Source: Promethearchaeota archaeon | GTDB taxonomy: Archaea; Asgardarchaeota; Thorarchaeia; Thorarchaeales; Thorarchaeaceae | Direction: 5' to 3' | DNA length: 64,000 nt | Assembly: GCA_014728035.1 (NCBI GenBank) | Contig: WJMJ01000046.1 | Coordinates: 64,001-128,000, forward strand | Shown here: in pieces, positions 1 through 10,012 of the stretch | How the letters are laid out: the number at the start of each line of letters is the position of its first letter | How positions within the stretch are numbered: position 1 is the stretch's first letter | The notes under the pieces: model-generated | What the model was told of the DNA's origin: nothing | Databases searched by the model: none | What the model saw: only the letters and a program-made list of their open reading frames with translations | Program-made: the position numbers and the translations under genes

Positions 1-648
1 GGGCATCAGCAGACAGAAGGTTCTGATGAAAAGTATACTTGTGAATTATATGCAGACGACCTGTATGCATTGATTCAACAATTAGAAACACCGAATCCAG
101 TACTATGTGGTTTATCACTGGGAGGAATGATTGCTCAAGAATATGCTATAAAATATCCTGAACAATTAAGAGGATTGATTTTGGCTGATACTGCTGTAAG
201 CTCAGCTTTGACGCTCTCAGACAAAATAACAAAAGCATTGTATCCTGCACGATTAGTAAAGTGGACTGTCAACCGGATGAGTAAAGAGAGATATGCCGAA
301 TGGTCCTTCAAGTTTTATGAGATGAATGAAGAGGTTCGCGAGTATCTAATTCAACAACAGCTGTTGATAGAAAAGGAGGAGTTAGTCAAACTCATAGATG
401 CCATCTATTCATTTACACTTCTACCACTTGAAACTATAGAAGTACCAACACTGATATTATTAGGAGAGAATGAAAAAAAGGCAGTCTTCACACATGCTGA
501 GAGGATGTTAGAATTACTGCCATATGCAAGAAAGGTAGTAATCCCAGATGCAGGACATGTTTCAAACCTTGAGAATGTAGAATTCTTCAATCGAGAGGTA
601 GAGCAATTTCTTCAAGTTCATGACTTTGCTTCTACTGAAGGGCTCTAG
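1..648 (+). CDS. Alpha/beta hydrolase (5' partial, frame open from base 1)
   Basis: GLSLGG nucleophile elbow, ILLGENE and AGH motifs. Confidence 0.85.
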   Translation, partial: GHQQTEGSDEKYTCELYADDLYALIQQLETPNPVLCGLSLGGMIAQEYAIKYPEQLRGLILADTAVSSALTLSDKITKALYPARLVKWTVNRMSKERYAEWSFKFYEMNEEVREYLIQQQLLIEKEELVKLIDAIYSFTLLPLETIEVPTLILLGENEKKAVFTHAERMLELLPYARKVVIPDAGHVSNLENVEFFNREVEQFLQVHDFASTEGL

Positions 649-2248
649 CAAGGTATGGACCTTTATCTGAAAATCCAAGCTTGCGATAGTACTCCTTCAC
701 ACCAATTCCACTATTTACCAAAATCTGGCGAGCATCAAAATCCTCTACGCCTATCTGATAGGCCGCATGCATCATCTTTTCACCAAGACCAAGATGTTGC
801 CATGCATCCGGGTCGCGTTGACCAAGATCAACTACAGGCCCATAAACGCGAAGTTCGCGAATCACTACTGTTGAAGTATCTCGAATCTCAACTCTCATGG
901 CATCATCACTTGGGTACCTAAGGCGGAGGAATCCAAATAGGATGTCAAGGTCAGGATGCTCATAAGACAGGAATATTTCAGTCCCATCACCAGCACGATA
1001 ATCTCTACGAATAAGTTCAATTTGAGCTGGGTCAACCTCGGTATCGGAACGCATTTGAAAGTGGCCAATCTCACGATATCTGATGGTGGAATTTCGTAGT
1101 CCATTCTTCTTCATTTGCTGGTGAACTAATTCACGAAGGTGTCCTTTGTCTAGACCAGCCTCAATCTGATGAAGAGGGATGTCACGCTGCATACGTTGAA
1201 TACGAACATACTCAGGCATTTTACTGACAGCTCTACTTACTAAAGATACAACTTGATCAGTTGACAGAGGTTCGTATTCACCACTAGTCCACCATTCATA
1301 CAGTTTTGTGTTCTTTACAACAATGGTAGGATAGATTTTCAACATATCCGGGCAAAAACGAGAGTCTGTGAATAACTGTTCAAAAGTTTCGAGGTCCTGT
1401 TCCAAAGTGCTGCCAGGGAGTCCCGGCATCATATGATAACATACTTTCAAGCCACTGTCACGAATCTTCTTTGTTGCCCTTATGGTAGCAGCAGTATCAT
1501 GTCCGCGTTGCACTTTTTCCAAAATGGTGTCTGAAAGAGTCTGTACCCCAATCTCAACACGAGTACCACCCATTTCAAGCATATCATCAATTGAGTCATC
1601 TGTTACCCAGTCGGGACGAGTTTCGAATGTTATTCCCACGTTTCGAATAATGGCAGTTTCATTGATTTGCTTAGCTTCAGTAAGTGAATTGCTTGACACT
1701 CCATTCATAGCATCCAGACAGTTCTTCACAAACCATTCTCTGTATTCTCGTTCTTTAGAGCACCAATCGCCACCCATCACAATCAATTCGACTTTTTGAA
1801 CAGAATGGCCAATTGTAGTTAGTTGATTGAGGCGTTTTGTGACCTGTTTATATGGATCAAAATCGTTTTGGATACCCCTCATGGTAGCAGGTTCGTGGCC
1901 CGTATAGCTTTGAGGTACGTCAAAATCAGGACCACCTGGACAATAAGCACATTTTCCATGTGGACATGCAATTGGTTTAGTCATAGTAGCTACGACAGCA
2001 ACTCCAGATACTGTTCGAACTGGCCGTTTCTGCATGATTGGAATAAGAATATCGAGCTCTTCAGGAATAGCAGCTTGGAGAACATCAGCATTTGATGGGA
2101 CTCGAGAAGCACCATAGATTTTACACACCTGATTCTTGATACGATTAACTACACGTTTTGATAGAGTTTCTTCTGTATCTAGAAGTCTATCGATAATTTC
2201 ACGATATAGTTGGTATTCTTCATCAAGAAGAGGCATAATGTTTCTCAC
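632..2248 (-). CDS. elp3: tRNA U34 carboxymethylation radical SAM/GNAT enzyme Elp3
   Basis: CPHGKCAYCPGG, QSYTGHEP, ETRPDW, C-terminal GNAT (QHLGLG, GVKEYYRKLGF). Confidence 0.96.
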   Translation of the reverse strand: MRNIMPLLDEEYQLYREIIDRLLDTEETLSKRVVNRIKNQVCKIYGASRVPSNADVLQAAIPEELDILIPIMQKRPVRTVSGVAVVATMTKPIACPHGKCAYCPGGPDFDVPQSYTGHEPATMRGIQNDFDPYKQVTKRLNQLTTIGHSVQKVELIVMGGDWCSKEREYREWFVKNCLDAMNGVSSNSLTEAKQINETAIIRNVGITFETRPDWVTDDSIDDMLEMGGTRVEIGVQTLSDTILEKVQRGHDTAATIRATKKIRDSGLKVCYHMMPGLPGSTLEQDLETFEQLFTDSRFCPDMLKIYPTIVVKNTKLYEWWTSGEYEPLSTDQVVSLVSRAVSKMPEYVRIQRMQRDIPLHQIEAGLDKGHLRELVHQQMKKNGLRNSTIRYREIGHFQMRSDTEVDPAQIELIRRDYRAGDGTEIFLSYEHPDLDILFGFLRLRYPSDDAMRVEIRDTSTVVIRELRVYGPVVDLGQRDPDAWQHLGLGEKMMHAAYQIGVEDFDARQILVNSGIGVKEYYRKLGFSDKGPYLARALQ

Positions 2249-2361
2249 AAGTATAGCAAATAAGTACCATACGGTATGGAAATGGTATTTTTTAAACTGT
2301 CCATTGGATAGCTTTTTATGACCACGTTTCGAATCTAACTATATAGAACGGAGGATAAACA

Positions 2362-2523
2362 ATGCCAGGTTCACACGGATCACTTACAAAAGCAGGAAAA
2401 GTCCGAGAATCAACTCCAAAAGTAAAAGGGCGCGTACGACGCACACCTATTCCTCGAATTCGCAACAAGAGGAACTACCACAAGCGTTTTGTCCGCGGTC
2501 AGACCGTCGGAGTACGAAAATAA
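2362..2523 (+). CDS. rps30e: Ribosomal protein eS30 (S30e), 53 aa, not in ORF track
   Basis: Manual translation MPGSHGSLTKAGKVRESTPKV...RNKRNYHKRF; GGAGG SD upstream. Confidence 0.95.
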   Translation: MPGSHGSLTKAGKVRESTPKVKGRVRRTPIPRIRNKRNYHKRFVRGQTVGVRK

Positions 2524-2573
2524 CTCGGAATACTGAGCTCAGGTCAACGTGCATAGCGTTTGCCTGATTCTCA

Positions 2574-3392
2574 TTATCTACACTTCTTTTTCACACCTGT
2601 TGAATCTCGCGCATAGAGACCAAATTCTGTTAGATTAGAGAGACCAGAACGATCAAACACTGGGCCTTCTAAACAGACAAGTGCTCCATTGGGATCCATA
2701 GCACATGTACCACAAATTCCGCACCCACATTTCATATATCGTTCTAGAGAAAATTGTAGACCGACATCATATTCTTTCAATATATCAAATAGTCCCGACA
2801 TCATTAATTCGGGCCCACAAGCATAGACCATATCAAACTGATAATCAAGAAGAAGTTCTCTTGCAGCATCAGTCGCAAACCCCTTGAATCCTACAGATCC
2901 ATCATCTGTCGCTATTCTAATCTCTAGATTCTCCTTAGAAGAAAAATCATAGACTAGTAAATCCTTTTTCGTTCTTGCAGCAACCAGAAGAACAACATGG
3001 GTTCCTTGTTCGATGAGACGCTTAGTTAGGAATCTAAGAGGTGCCATACCAATACCCCCACCAACAACCAGTGCTTCTTTGCTATCAAGGTTGAATGTTG
3101 AACCAAAGGGGCCTCTTATACCGATCCAATCACCAACATCAAACTTAGCTAGAGACCTGGTAGCAGTTCCAATAGGATGTATGTTGATACCCATAATAGG
3201 CGAATTCCAATATGAGATGCTCATTGGAATCTCATCAACACCAGGTACCCACACCATCAAAAATTGACCAGGACATACAGACTTGGATGTATGTGGAAAT
3301 TCAAACTTCAAGGTGCAGATTGTATCGGTGTCCATTGTTTTCTCGGTTATCTTAACAGATGTTAGATTACCCATTAGATTCTCAATATCCAT
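2574..3392 (-). CDS. pyrK: Dihydroorotate dehydrogenase electron transfer subunit
   Basis: PGQFLMVW, RGPFG, GGGIG, ACGPELM, CGCGICGTC...VCLEGPVF 2Fe-2S motif. Confidence 0.93.
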   Translation of the reverse strand: MDIENLMGNLTSVKITEKTMDTDTICTLKFEFPHTSKSVCPGQFLMVWVPGVDEIPMSISYWNSPIMGINIHPIGTATRSLAKFDVGDWIGIRGPFGSTFNLDSKEALVVGGGIGMAPLRFLTKRLIEQGTHVVLLVAARTKKDLLVYDFSSKENLEIRIATDDGSVGFKGFATDAARELLLDYQFDMVYACGPELMMSGLFDILKEYDVGLQFSLERYMKCGCGICGTCAMDPNGALVCLEGPVFDRSGLSNLTEFGLYARDSTGVKKKCR

Positions 3393-3394
3393 AA

Positions 3395-4282
3395 TTATCG
3401 TCTCCCAGCCAACCCAACGAGTTCAGAGGGGAGTGAAAACCCCTTTTCTTTTGTGAACTTCAGAACACCACGTTTGATTGATGCAAAAACATCCATTCCA
3501 CCCAGTACCGCACTGCCAATTTGAATTGCACTCGCACCGGCCATATGCATCTCTATCGCATCTTGCCATGTAGAGATACCACCCACTCCAATGATTGGGA
3601 TGTCCAGAGCGTTATACAAATCATACACGCAACGGATTGCAACCGGCAAAATCGGAGGGCCTGAATATCCGCCAACAAGATTTCCAAGAACTGGACGATG
3701 TTGATAGATATCAATTCGCATTCCACGCAAAGTGTTAATTGCTACAACAGCATCAGCCCCAGCTTTTTCTGCTGCCAGTCCGACTTCTACAATATCTGAT
3801 GCATTGGGAGTAATCTTTGCAAAAATTGGAAGGTCTGTTAAATCCCGCACTGTGTGCACATACTTGTAGGTAAGCTCGGGACTATGAGCAATCAGACCGA
3901 TTTCAGCATGTGGACATGATAGATTGAGTTCGAAGGCATCAGGTTTCCCATCAAGTCCTTTTGTGACAACATTTCCAATTTCTTCAGGAGAGTTTCCAAA
4001 AACACTCAAAATGACAGGGATATCATCTTCTTTGAGCATTTTTACCTCCTCTACAAATGCATCTATTCCAGGATTTGTGAGACCAACTGCATTGACGAGT
4101 CCACCACGAGCTGAAACAAGAATAGGTCCTGAATGACCAATCCTAGGACTAGGGCCTATTGATTTTGTTACAACAGCATCAGCCCCTGAACGGATAACAC
4201 GTTTCATTATGGATGCTGTCACGCCCAATATTCCAGATGCCAACCAATATCCTTCAATCTTCATGGCTAGACCTGCATCCAT
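3395..4282 (-). CDS. pyrD: Dihydroorotate dehydrogenase B catalytic subunit
   Basis: NAVGLTNPG, ELNLSCPH, AINT, GGYSG, IIGVGGI; start uncertain. Confidence 0.93.
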   Translation of the reverse strand: MDAGLAMKIEGYWLASGILGVTASIMKRVIRSGADAVVTKSIGPSPRIGHSGPILVSARGGLVNAVGLTNPGIDAFVEEVKMLKEDDIPVILSVFGNSPEEIGNVVTKGLDGKPDAFELNLSCPHAEIGLIAHSPELTYKYVHTVRDLTDLPIFAKITPNASDIVEVGLAAEKAGADAVVAINTLRGMRIDIYQHRPVLGNLVGGYSGPPILPVAIRCVYDLYNALDIPIIGVGGISTWQDAIEMHMAGASAIQIGSAVLGGMDVFASIKRGVLKFTKEKGFSLPSELVGLAGRR

Positions 4283-4374
4283 GCACAGTAACTGCAGTAA
4301 TAAGCTCAATGGCTCAGCGAGATAGCGTCATACTTATCCGCTAGTACGTTTTCTGTTCATGATAGGGATAAAAC

Positions 4375-5598
4375 ATGCCAATCTACATTGGAATTGTACC
4401 AACCGGAATTTACGCTCTCGACAAAGAGGGTAAGATTATTGGAAAAAAAGAAATCTATCCCAATGTAGACCTTGCCATAGAAATGCTCAATGCAGCAAAG
4501 AGTGGAAATGCGATAGAAGACATCAAAGCATTTTCAGAGCAAATTAATACTATGGATGTAGATATTGTAATTGTCGAAAACAACATGTTTGCAAGATCAC
4601 TGAAAAAACAAATTTCTCATGATATTCAGGTGGACGAGCATAGTGACCCAATAAAGTGGTTTAGGATGAATCTCGACGATTACATGAAAAAGGAAGTATC
4701 TGAGATAGACTTGCAACATCTTAGTGCATTCAAACGAGAGGTTGCTTTTGGAGTAGCAAAGGATGCAGTAAGTACGGCAAGTCAAGAAAAAGATATTCTG
4801 ATAAAACAAGCAATAGATGGAATATCAGAAATTGACAAATCCATCAATATACTGACTATGCGACTCAGAGAGTGGTATTCAGTTCATCATCCGACACTTA
4901 GTGACCTTATTGAAGAGCCAGAAGTTTTTGTCAGCATACTCCAAACATGTGGTGGTCGAGATAATATTTCACAGGATAGTCTCAGAAGCATGGGACTCTC
5001 TGAAAAAATTGTACAAGAAACAATGACTCGCCTCAAGTATGATGTTGGAGCAGATGTAAGTGAATCTGACCTTGATACCATTCTTAGATTGAGTAAAAGC
5101 ATAGAGGAACTATTTGTTACAAGAAATCATATTGAACGATACATTTCAGATTTAATGGAAGAGATTGCACCAAATATTAGTATGTTAGTGGGCCCAATGG
5201 TTGGGGCGCGATTGATTAGCCTTGCGGGGTCTTTAAAGGAACTAGCAAGAAAGCCCTCAAGCACAATCCAAATTCTTGGTGCAGAAAAAGCCCTGTTTCG
5301 GGCACTAAAAACGGGAGCAGATCCACCAAAACATGGGATAATATTCCGTGTGCCAGAGATTAGTACTTCACCATATTGGCAAAGAGGGAAAATAGCAAGA
5401 GCATTGGCAGGAAAAGTAGCATTGGGTGCAAAAGTAGATGCATATTCAGATAAGAAAATAGGAAAGGAATTGAAAGAAGAATTCCAAGCAAGATACAAAG
5501 AGATTCAAGAACAGTATCCCGATCCGCCAAAGAAGAAAACGTCCAAGAAGAAACCACGTAGAAGAAAAGGACGAAGGCGTAGAAAAGGAGGAAGATGA
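4375..5598 (+). CDS. nop5: Box C/D sRNP protein Nop5 (Nop56/58)
   Basis: RLREWY, PSSTIQILGAEKALF, PKHGIIF, basic tail. Confidence 0.96.
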   Translation: MPIYIGIVPTGIYALDKEGKIIGKKEIYPNVDLAIEMLNAAKSGNAIEDIKAFSEQINTMDVDIVIVENNMFARSLKKQISHDIQVDEHSDPIKWFRMNLDDYMKKEVSEIDLQHLSAFKREVAFGVAKDAVSTASQEKDILIKQAIDGISEIDKSINILTMRLREWYSVHHPTLSDLIEEPEVFVSILQTCGGRDNISQDSLRSMGLSEKIVQETMTRLKYDVGADVSESDLDTILRLSKSIEELFVTRNHIERYISDLMEEIAPNISMLVGPMVGARLISLAGSLKELARKPSSTIQILGAEKALFRALKTGADPPKHGIIFRVPEISTSPYWQRGKIARALAGKVALGAKVDAYSDKKIGKELKEEFQARYKEIQEQYPDPPKKKTSKKKPRRRKGRRRRKGGR

Positions 5599-6296
5599 TG
5601 ATGCGGATTGAAAAACACAAGCATCCACATGTTTTCAGAGTCATTGAAAGGGAGCGAAAGTCATTAGCTACCAAATCGCTTGTAAAAGGGCAGACAGTAT
5701 ATGGAGAGAAGCTAGTAAAGGCGGATGATGGGGATTATCGAATCTGGTCTGCAAGGAGATCAAAATTGGGTGCTGCAATTCGAAAACGAATAAGAGAGAT
5801 GCCAATTCAACCAGGTTCACGGGTTCTTTACCTAGGTGCTGCCTCAGGTACTACTGTTAGCCATGTGTCAGATATTGTTGGAAAGCAGGGTATAATATAT
5901 GCAGTGGAATTCTCACCAAGAACTGCAAGAGACCTCATTAAACTCGCTCAGACTCGGAAGAACATAATTCCAATTGTTGAAGATGCAAGACATCCAACAC
6001 GATATTCAAGTCTAGTGACCGGACCGATTGATGTTGTATATCAAGATGTAGCTCAAGCAGATCAAGCACGAATCCTACTTCAAAACGTTCAAGCATTCAG
6101 CTCATTCGGAACTTGGGCAATGCTAGCAATTAAAGCTAGAAGTATAGACTCAACTTCACGTGTCAAAGACATCTACGAGAATGAAATCAAGACTCTTACA
6201 GAGGGTGGTCTTGAATTGGTAGAGAAAATTCGTTTGGACCCATTAGAGAAAGACCATGCAATGGTCGTTTGTAGAGTAGGAGAATACATTTCATGA
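5595..6296 (+). CDS. flpA: Fibrillarin rRNA/tRNA 2'-O-methyltransferase
   Basis: VYGEK, VLYLGAASGTTVSHVSD, DVAQ; follows nop5. Confidence 0.97.
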   Translation: MMMRIEKHKHPHVFRVIERERKSLATKSLVKGQTVYGEKLVKADDGDYRIWSARRSKLGAAIRKRIREMPIQPGSRVLYLGAASGTTVSHVSDIVGKQGIIYAVEFSPRTARDLIKLAQTRKNIIPIVEDARHPTRYSSLVTGPIDVVYQDVAQADQARILLQNVQAFSSFGTWAMLAIKARSIDSTSRVKDIYENEIKTLTEGGLELVEKIRLDPLEKDHAMVVCRVGEYIS

Positions 6297-6730
6297 CATT
6301 CTTCATTGAACGAAGAATCGAGAAAGAAATTGATAAAATCAACGACCATCTCCCAGAGAAACGATATAGTCTATCTGAGATTACTAGTATGGAAAAACCA
6401 GGTTTTCCAACAAGAGGTGGAGAGTTTTCAGCAATTCGTAAAGAAGAGTTAGATATTCTTATCAAACAAGTCCCAAAAAGATATCATACTGAAATAATGC
6501 TTCCAATCATCATTCTGAGGAGAGTAGATCAAGGCCCTGGAGTATATTCCATCGCAGGAGGAAAAACGGAGCTGTTTTTGGTTGGTCGATTGATAGGATA
6601 TGTAGACCTAGACTGGAATCAATTTCATCAATGGCAACAGATTGACCATTTAGCAAGGCCGCAAGTGCAGAAAATTAGATCTATTCTAAAATCTACCACT
6701 ACCGTAGGTTTTACATCAACTAATGAATAG
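6293..6730 (+). CDS. DUF61/UPF0216-like protein
   Basis: INDHLP...SL, LPIIIL pattern; typical position after fibrillarin. Confidence 0.65.
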   Translation: MTFFIERRIEKEIDKINDHLPEKRYSLSEITSMEKPGFPTRGGEFSAIRKEELDILIKQVPKRYHTEIMLPIIILRRVDQGPGVYSIAGGKTELFLVGRLIGYVDLDWNQFHQWQQIDHLARPQVQKIRSILKSTTTVGFTSTNE

Positions 6731-6792
6731 AACAGATATACATTCAGAAATCTTGAAAAACTTCAACACGTATGATATAAGCGGCGATTAGT

Positions 6793-7746
6793 ATGACAAA
6801 AGCACGATCTAAACTCTTGGAGGAAGTTTCAATATCACTACAGGAGGCTGGATTTGATTTATCATCTCAATGTGATGTAAGACCAAGTTGTTTTGACCTA
6901 GTCGCTAGAAAAGACGAACGTCTCATTTTAGTCAAAGTTCTTGCAAACATCGATTCCCTATCTCGTGAAGACGCTATGGCACTCCACACAGTTGCACATT
7001 TCTTTGGTGCAACACCATTGATCGTTGGTATGAAAACAAGAAGAGGTCCATTAGACTCAGGAGTGGTATACAAAAGGTATGGAGTATCTACTATTGCCCC
7101 TCATAGTCTAAAGACAGTCATTGCAGAGCAGCAATTACCTCGTGAGTTTATTCAAAGGGGAGGCAGGTTCGTTGCTATTGACGGTGCAAAATTGAAAGAA
7201 GTCAGGATTCAACATAAACTTTCCCAAGAAGATTTAGCACAGTGCGTTCAGGTATCAGCTCGAGCAATCTTAGCGTATGAGAAGGATGAAATGGATGTAA
7301 GCTCAGATATCGCAGAACAACTTGAAGAAGTCCTTGAAACAGACCTAGTCATACCTATTGATGTATTGAGTGAGAGTCCAAAAACATTACATCAGTTCCA
7401 AAACCCCCAACAGATTCCAGACTTAGAGAGAAGAGTAAACGAATTCTTTGATAGGATTGGCATGAGAGTTCTATGGACAGACAGAGCTCCATTTCATGTT
7501 GCCGCCAAAGAAGACGGCCCCCCAGTAATATCTGGTGTAGGTTCATTAAAGAGCTGGGGGCTTAAGAAACGAGTAGAAATTTTGAAGAGTGTATCAAAAG
7601 TCACCGAATCCAATGCGGTCATAATCGTTGAAGAGGGAAAAGCGAAAGACCGAGTTTCGGATTTACCAGTTATTCGACAGCTCGAACTTGAAGAAATTGA
7701 GAGATCACGAGACCTCAAAAAGATAATTGAAGAACGAGCTGGTTGA
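6793..7746 (+). CDS. Archaeal HTH transcriptional regulator (MJ1164 family, PD-(D/E)XK-like plus Cro/C1 HTH)
   Basis: FDLVARK...LVKVLANID, RGG..V.IDG, LSQEDLA...YE. Confidence 0.85.
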   Translation: MTKARSKLLEEVSISLQEAGFDLSSQCDVRPSCFDLVARKDERLILVKVLANIDSLSREDAMALHTVAHFFGATPLIVGMKTRRGPLDSGVVYKRYGVSTIAPHSLKTVIAEQQLPREFIQRGGRFVAIDGAKLKEVRIQHKLSQEDLAQCVQVSARAILAYEKDEMDVSSDIAEQLEEVLETDLVIPIDVLSESPKTLHQFQNPQQIPDLERRVNEFFDRIGMRVLWTDRAPFHVAAKEDGPPVISGVGSLKSWGLKKRVEILKSVSKVTESNAVIIVEEGKAKDRVSDLPVIRQLELEEIERSRDLKKIIEERAG

Positions 7747-7747
7747 T

Positions 7748-8443
7748 TCATAAGTCCAATATGGTCTGTTTTGTTTCGAGTTCAGCAACGATTCGTTTCA
7801 CTGATTCCCAACTTCTGCGAATAATTGGAGGAATTGGTTCTTTTGAGATAACTAGTTCGCGTACAAAGCTCACAGTTCTTTCATCGGAGGGATAGCCAGA
7901 ACCGAAATCACCATATTGTTCATGAAATTGGCTAATCATCCTGTCTCGCTCTACCTTAGCGATGATTGATGCTGCCGACACGATTGGATATTTAGTATCA
8001 GCTTTATGTTCGGACACTATTTTGCATCCCTCGTTCCATAGCCCACTTCGGGTTCCTATAGAATCACCAAATCGTTTTGCTTTTACATCCGCTGCATCCA
8101 CATAAGCAACAAGGGGACGGAGAACCTGTAAAATTTCAATGAATTTCCGAATCTCAAGTTCATTTAATGAAACACCGCGAGCCCTATGTTCATCAATTTC
8201 TGAAGCAGAAATGTAACGAGTACAAATACGTGTGGCATGTGATTCTATGAGTTCAGCATATTCTTGCCTGCGTGTTGGACTAAGAGTTTTTGAATCACGC
8301 AGACCTAATGAAGGCAGATTCTTCAAAGATACATCGTCAAAAAGAACTCCACACACTACCAAAGGTCCAATCATGGGCCCTCTTCCGGCCTCATCAACTC
8401 CAACAGTTCCAAATAAAGAAGGACCGACTGGACACATAATCAC
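7748..8443 (-). CDS. rnhB: Ribonuclease HII
   Basis: GVDEAGRGP, DSK, VSAASIIAKVERD, GSGYPSD, C-terminal PIP-like QTILDL. Confidence 0.96.
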   Translation of the reverse strand: MIMCPVGPSLFGTVGVDEAGRGPMIGPLVVCGVLFDDVSLKNLPSLGLRDSKTLSPTRRQEYAELIESHATRICTRYISASEIDEHRARGVSLNELEIRKFIEILQVLRPLVAYVDAADVKAKRFGDSIGTRSGLWNEGCKIVSEHKADTKYPIVSAASIIAKVERDRMISQFHEQYGDFGSGYPSDERTVSFVRELVISKEPIPPIIRRSWESVKRIVAELETKQTILDL

Positions 8444-8572
8444 TTTATCATGACTGACACTTATTAGATTCTCGTATTATTGATCGGTAGAACTAGGCAC
8501 AATACGAAAGCTTCATATCTGCACACCAGTATCACATCAAATACTGGTCCTAGACCAGAAGCATATGAAAAC

Positions 8573-8767
8573 GGGGCGGTGGCCTAGTCAACAATATGGA
8601 TTCTCCATGTTGCCTAGAACGGTATGGCGACGGGCTCCAGATCTAGGCTCGTTTCGAGTCTAAAGACACGGGGTCAAATCTGACCGTCGCATGGCGATAC
8701 TCGTCGACCGTGAGAATCATCCTCGTTTAGAGGTTGGTCACGAATTCAAATCTCACTCGCCCCACCA
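8573..8767 (+). tRNA. tRNA-Trp(CCA) with three introns (8590-8619, about 8641-8698, 8715-8744)
   Basis: Acceptor GGGGCGG/TCGCCCC-ACCA, anticodon stem ACGGG/CTCGT with CCA at 8637-8639, T arm GTGAG-TTCAAAT-CTCAC after splicing. Confidence 0.9.
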
Positions 8768-8894
8768 TATGATTCATCCCAATTTTGTGACCCGCAACTG
8801 TCACCACATTATAGAGTTACAGGATGTAACAAAATGCGTTAAATGAATTCTTTATCAATGAAAATGACTAATATCTACAAGACGGAGATAGCTG

Positions 8895-9737
8895 GTGATG
8901 AACCCGAACAGATGGCTCATAGGAATAGTTTTTGGGATTATGATGGTGTCGATGATTGTCACACCATCTGTAATGGCTGCAGAAAACGATGGCAGTAAAA
9001 AGATATCCCCAAAGCTTCAGACTTTTGAAATTGATGCGTTTACTTACAGAATATCCTTTCAGCTTTCAGATGGGATAGAAATCTTTCTGCTAAGATGCTC
9101 ATTTAAAACTCTGTACTTGTATCAACACCATCATCCAACAGTTTCAAAACACTACTTCCAATCGTATGTCGGGTTTTACTTCGGAAAGTCCCCTCTCGGA
9201 AGGTCACTTGTTAGCTCGATTGATGTAACTAATCTTGCTTTTTATCCACAATGGATTGATAGCCGAGGAGACCCCCACAATATGCTGGGTGAAACTCCCG
9301 CATTTGCAATCAATGGAAAAATCCGAGACGGACAACTTTCAGGAAATTTCCAGCTGATAGACCCGTATGCATCATCAAGATATTTGCTGCAATTTGGAGG
9401 TACTTTTGAATTCAAAGGTCTCGTCATCACATTAGCAGAGGGAACCAAGTATAATCTCACAGAAAATACCATTCACATCGAAATTGTCAAGGAATTCAAT
9501 GAATATAATCCAAATGAACCAGACATAGCCTCTGGAAATATTGCTCATGATAGCTTTGCAAACTATGCATATCTAACCATAGAAGGTCCAACGCCACTTC
9601 TTCAATTGCTTGATCTAGTAGTTCTTATTTCAGCTGTCAGTCTTGTACTAGTTAGCATCTCACTTTTCATCCTCTGGTTTAAAGGAAGAATAGACCTACC
9701 AATGTTGAAAAGAGTCGCCTCACCATCCCAACAATAG
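8895..9737 (+). CDS. Hypothetical surface protein (signal peptide, C-terminal TM anchor)
   Basis: Hydrophobic N-terminus ending VMAA, hydrophobic helix near C-terminus; GGAG SD. Confidence 0.7.
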   Translation: MMNPNRWLIGIVFGIMMVSMIVTPSVMAAENDGSKKISPKLQTFEIDAFTYRISFQLSDGIEIFLLRCSFKTLYLYQHHHPTVSKHYFQSYVGFYFGKSPLGRSLVSSIDVTNLAFYPQWIDSRGDPHNMLGETPAFAINGKIRDGQLSGNFQLIDPYASSRYLLQFGGTFEFKGLVITLAEGTKYNLTENTIHIEIVKEFNEYNPNEPDIASGNIAHDSFANYAYLTIEGPTPLLQLLDLVVLISAVSLVLVSISLFILWFKGRIDLPMLKRVASPSQQ

Positions 9738-9797
9738 GCTCCAAATCCGGTTCCCCTAGAGCAACCTTTAAATTTCAATCGTGAAACAATTCGTCTT

Positions 9798-9916
9798 GAT
9801 GGCGGTCATAGTTCCCCGTAATCACCTGCCCTCATCAGAACGCAGAAGTTAAGACGGGGCTACGTTGTGGCAAATGTGCGGTGCGCGAGCCCGTGACAAG
9901 GCCACAAACTGCCACA
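9798..9916 (+). rRNA. rrf: 5S rRNA (stand-alone)
   Basis: TGGCGGTCATAG...CACCTGCCCTCATCAGAACGCAGAAGTTAAG...GCGAG...AACTGCCA, about 119 nt, ends pair, TTTAAA TATA box upstream. Confidence 0.9.
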
Positions 9917-10012
9917 TTTTCATTCTTCAAATAACAAAGATCACACAAATACACGCCCGCAACCCGTGTATAGATAGTTAGCCTTAAAGCGAAATTATAG
10001 ATTTGAGCTCTC

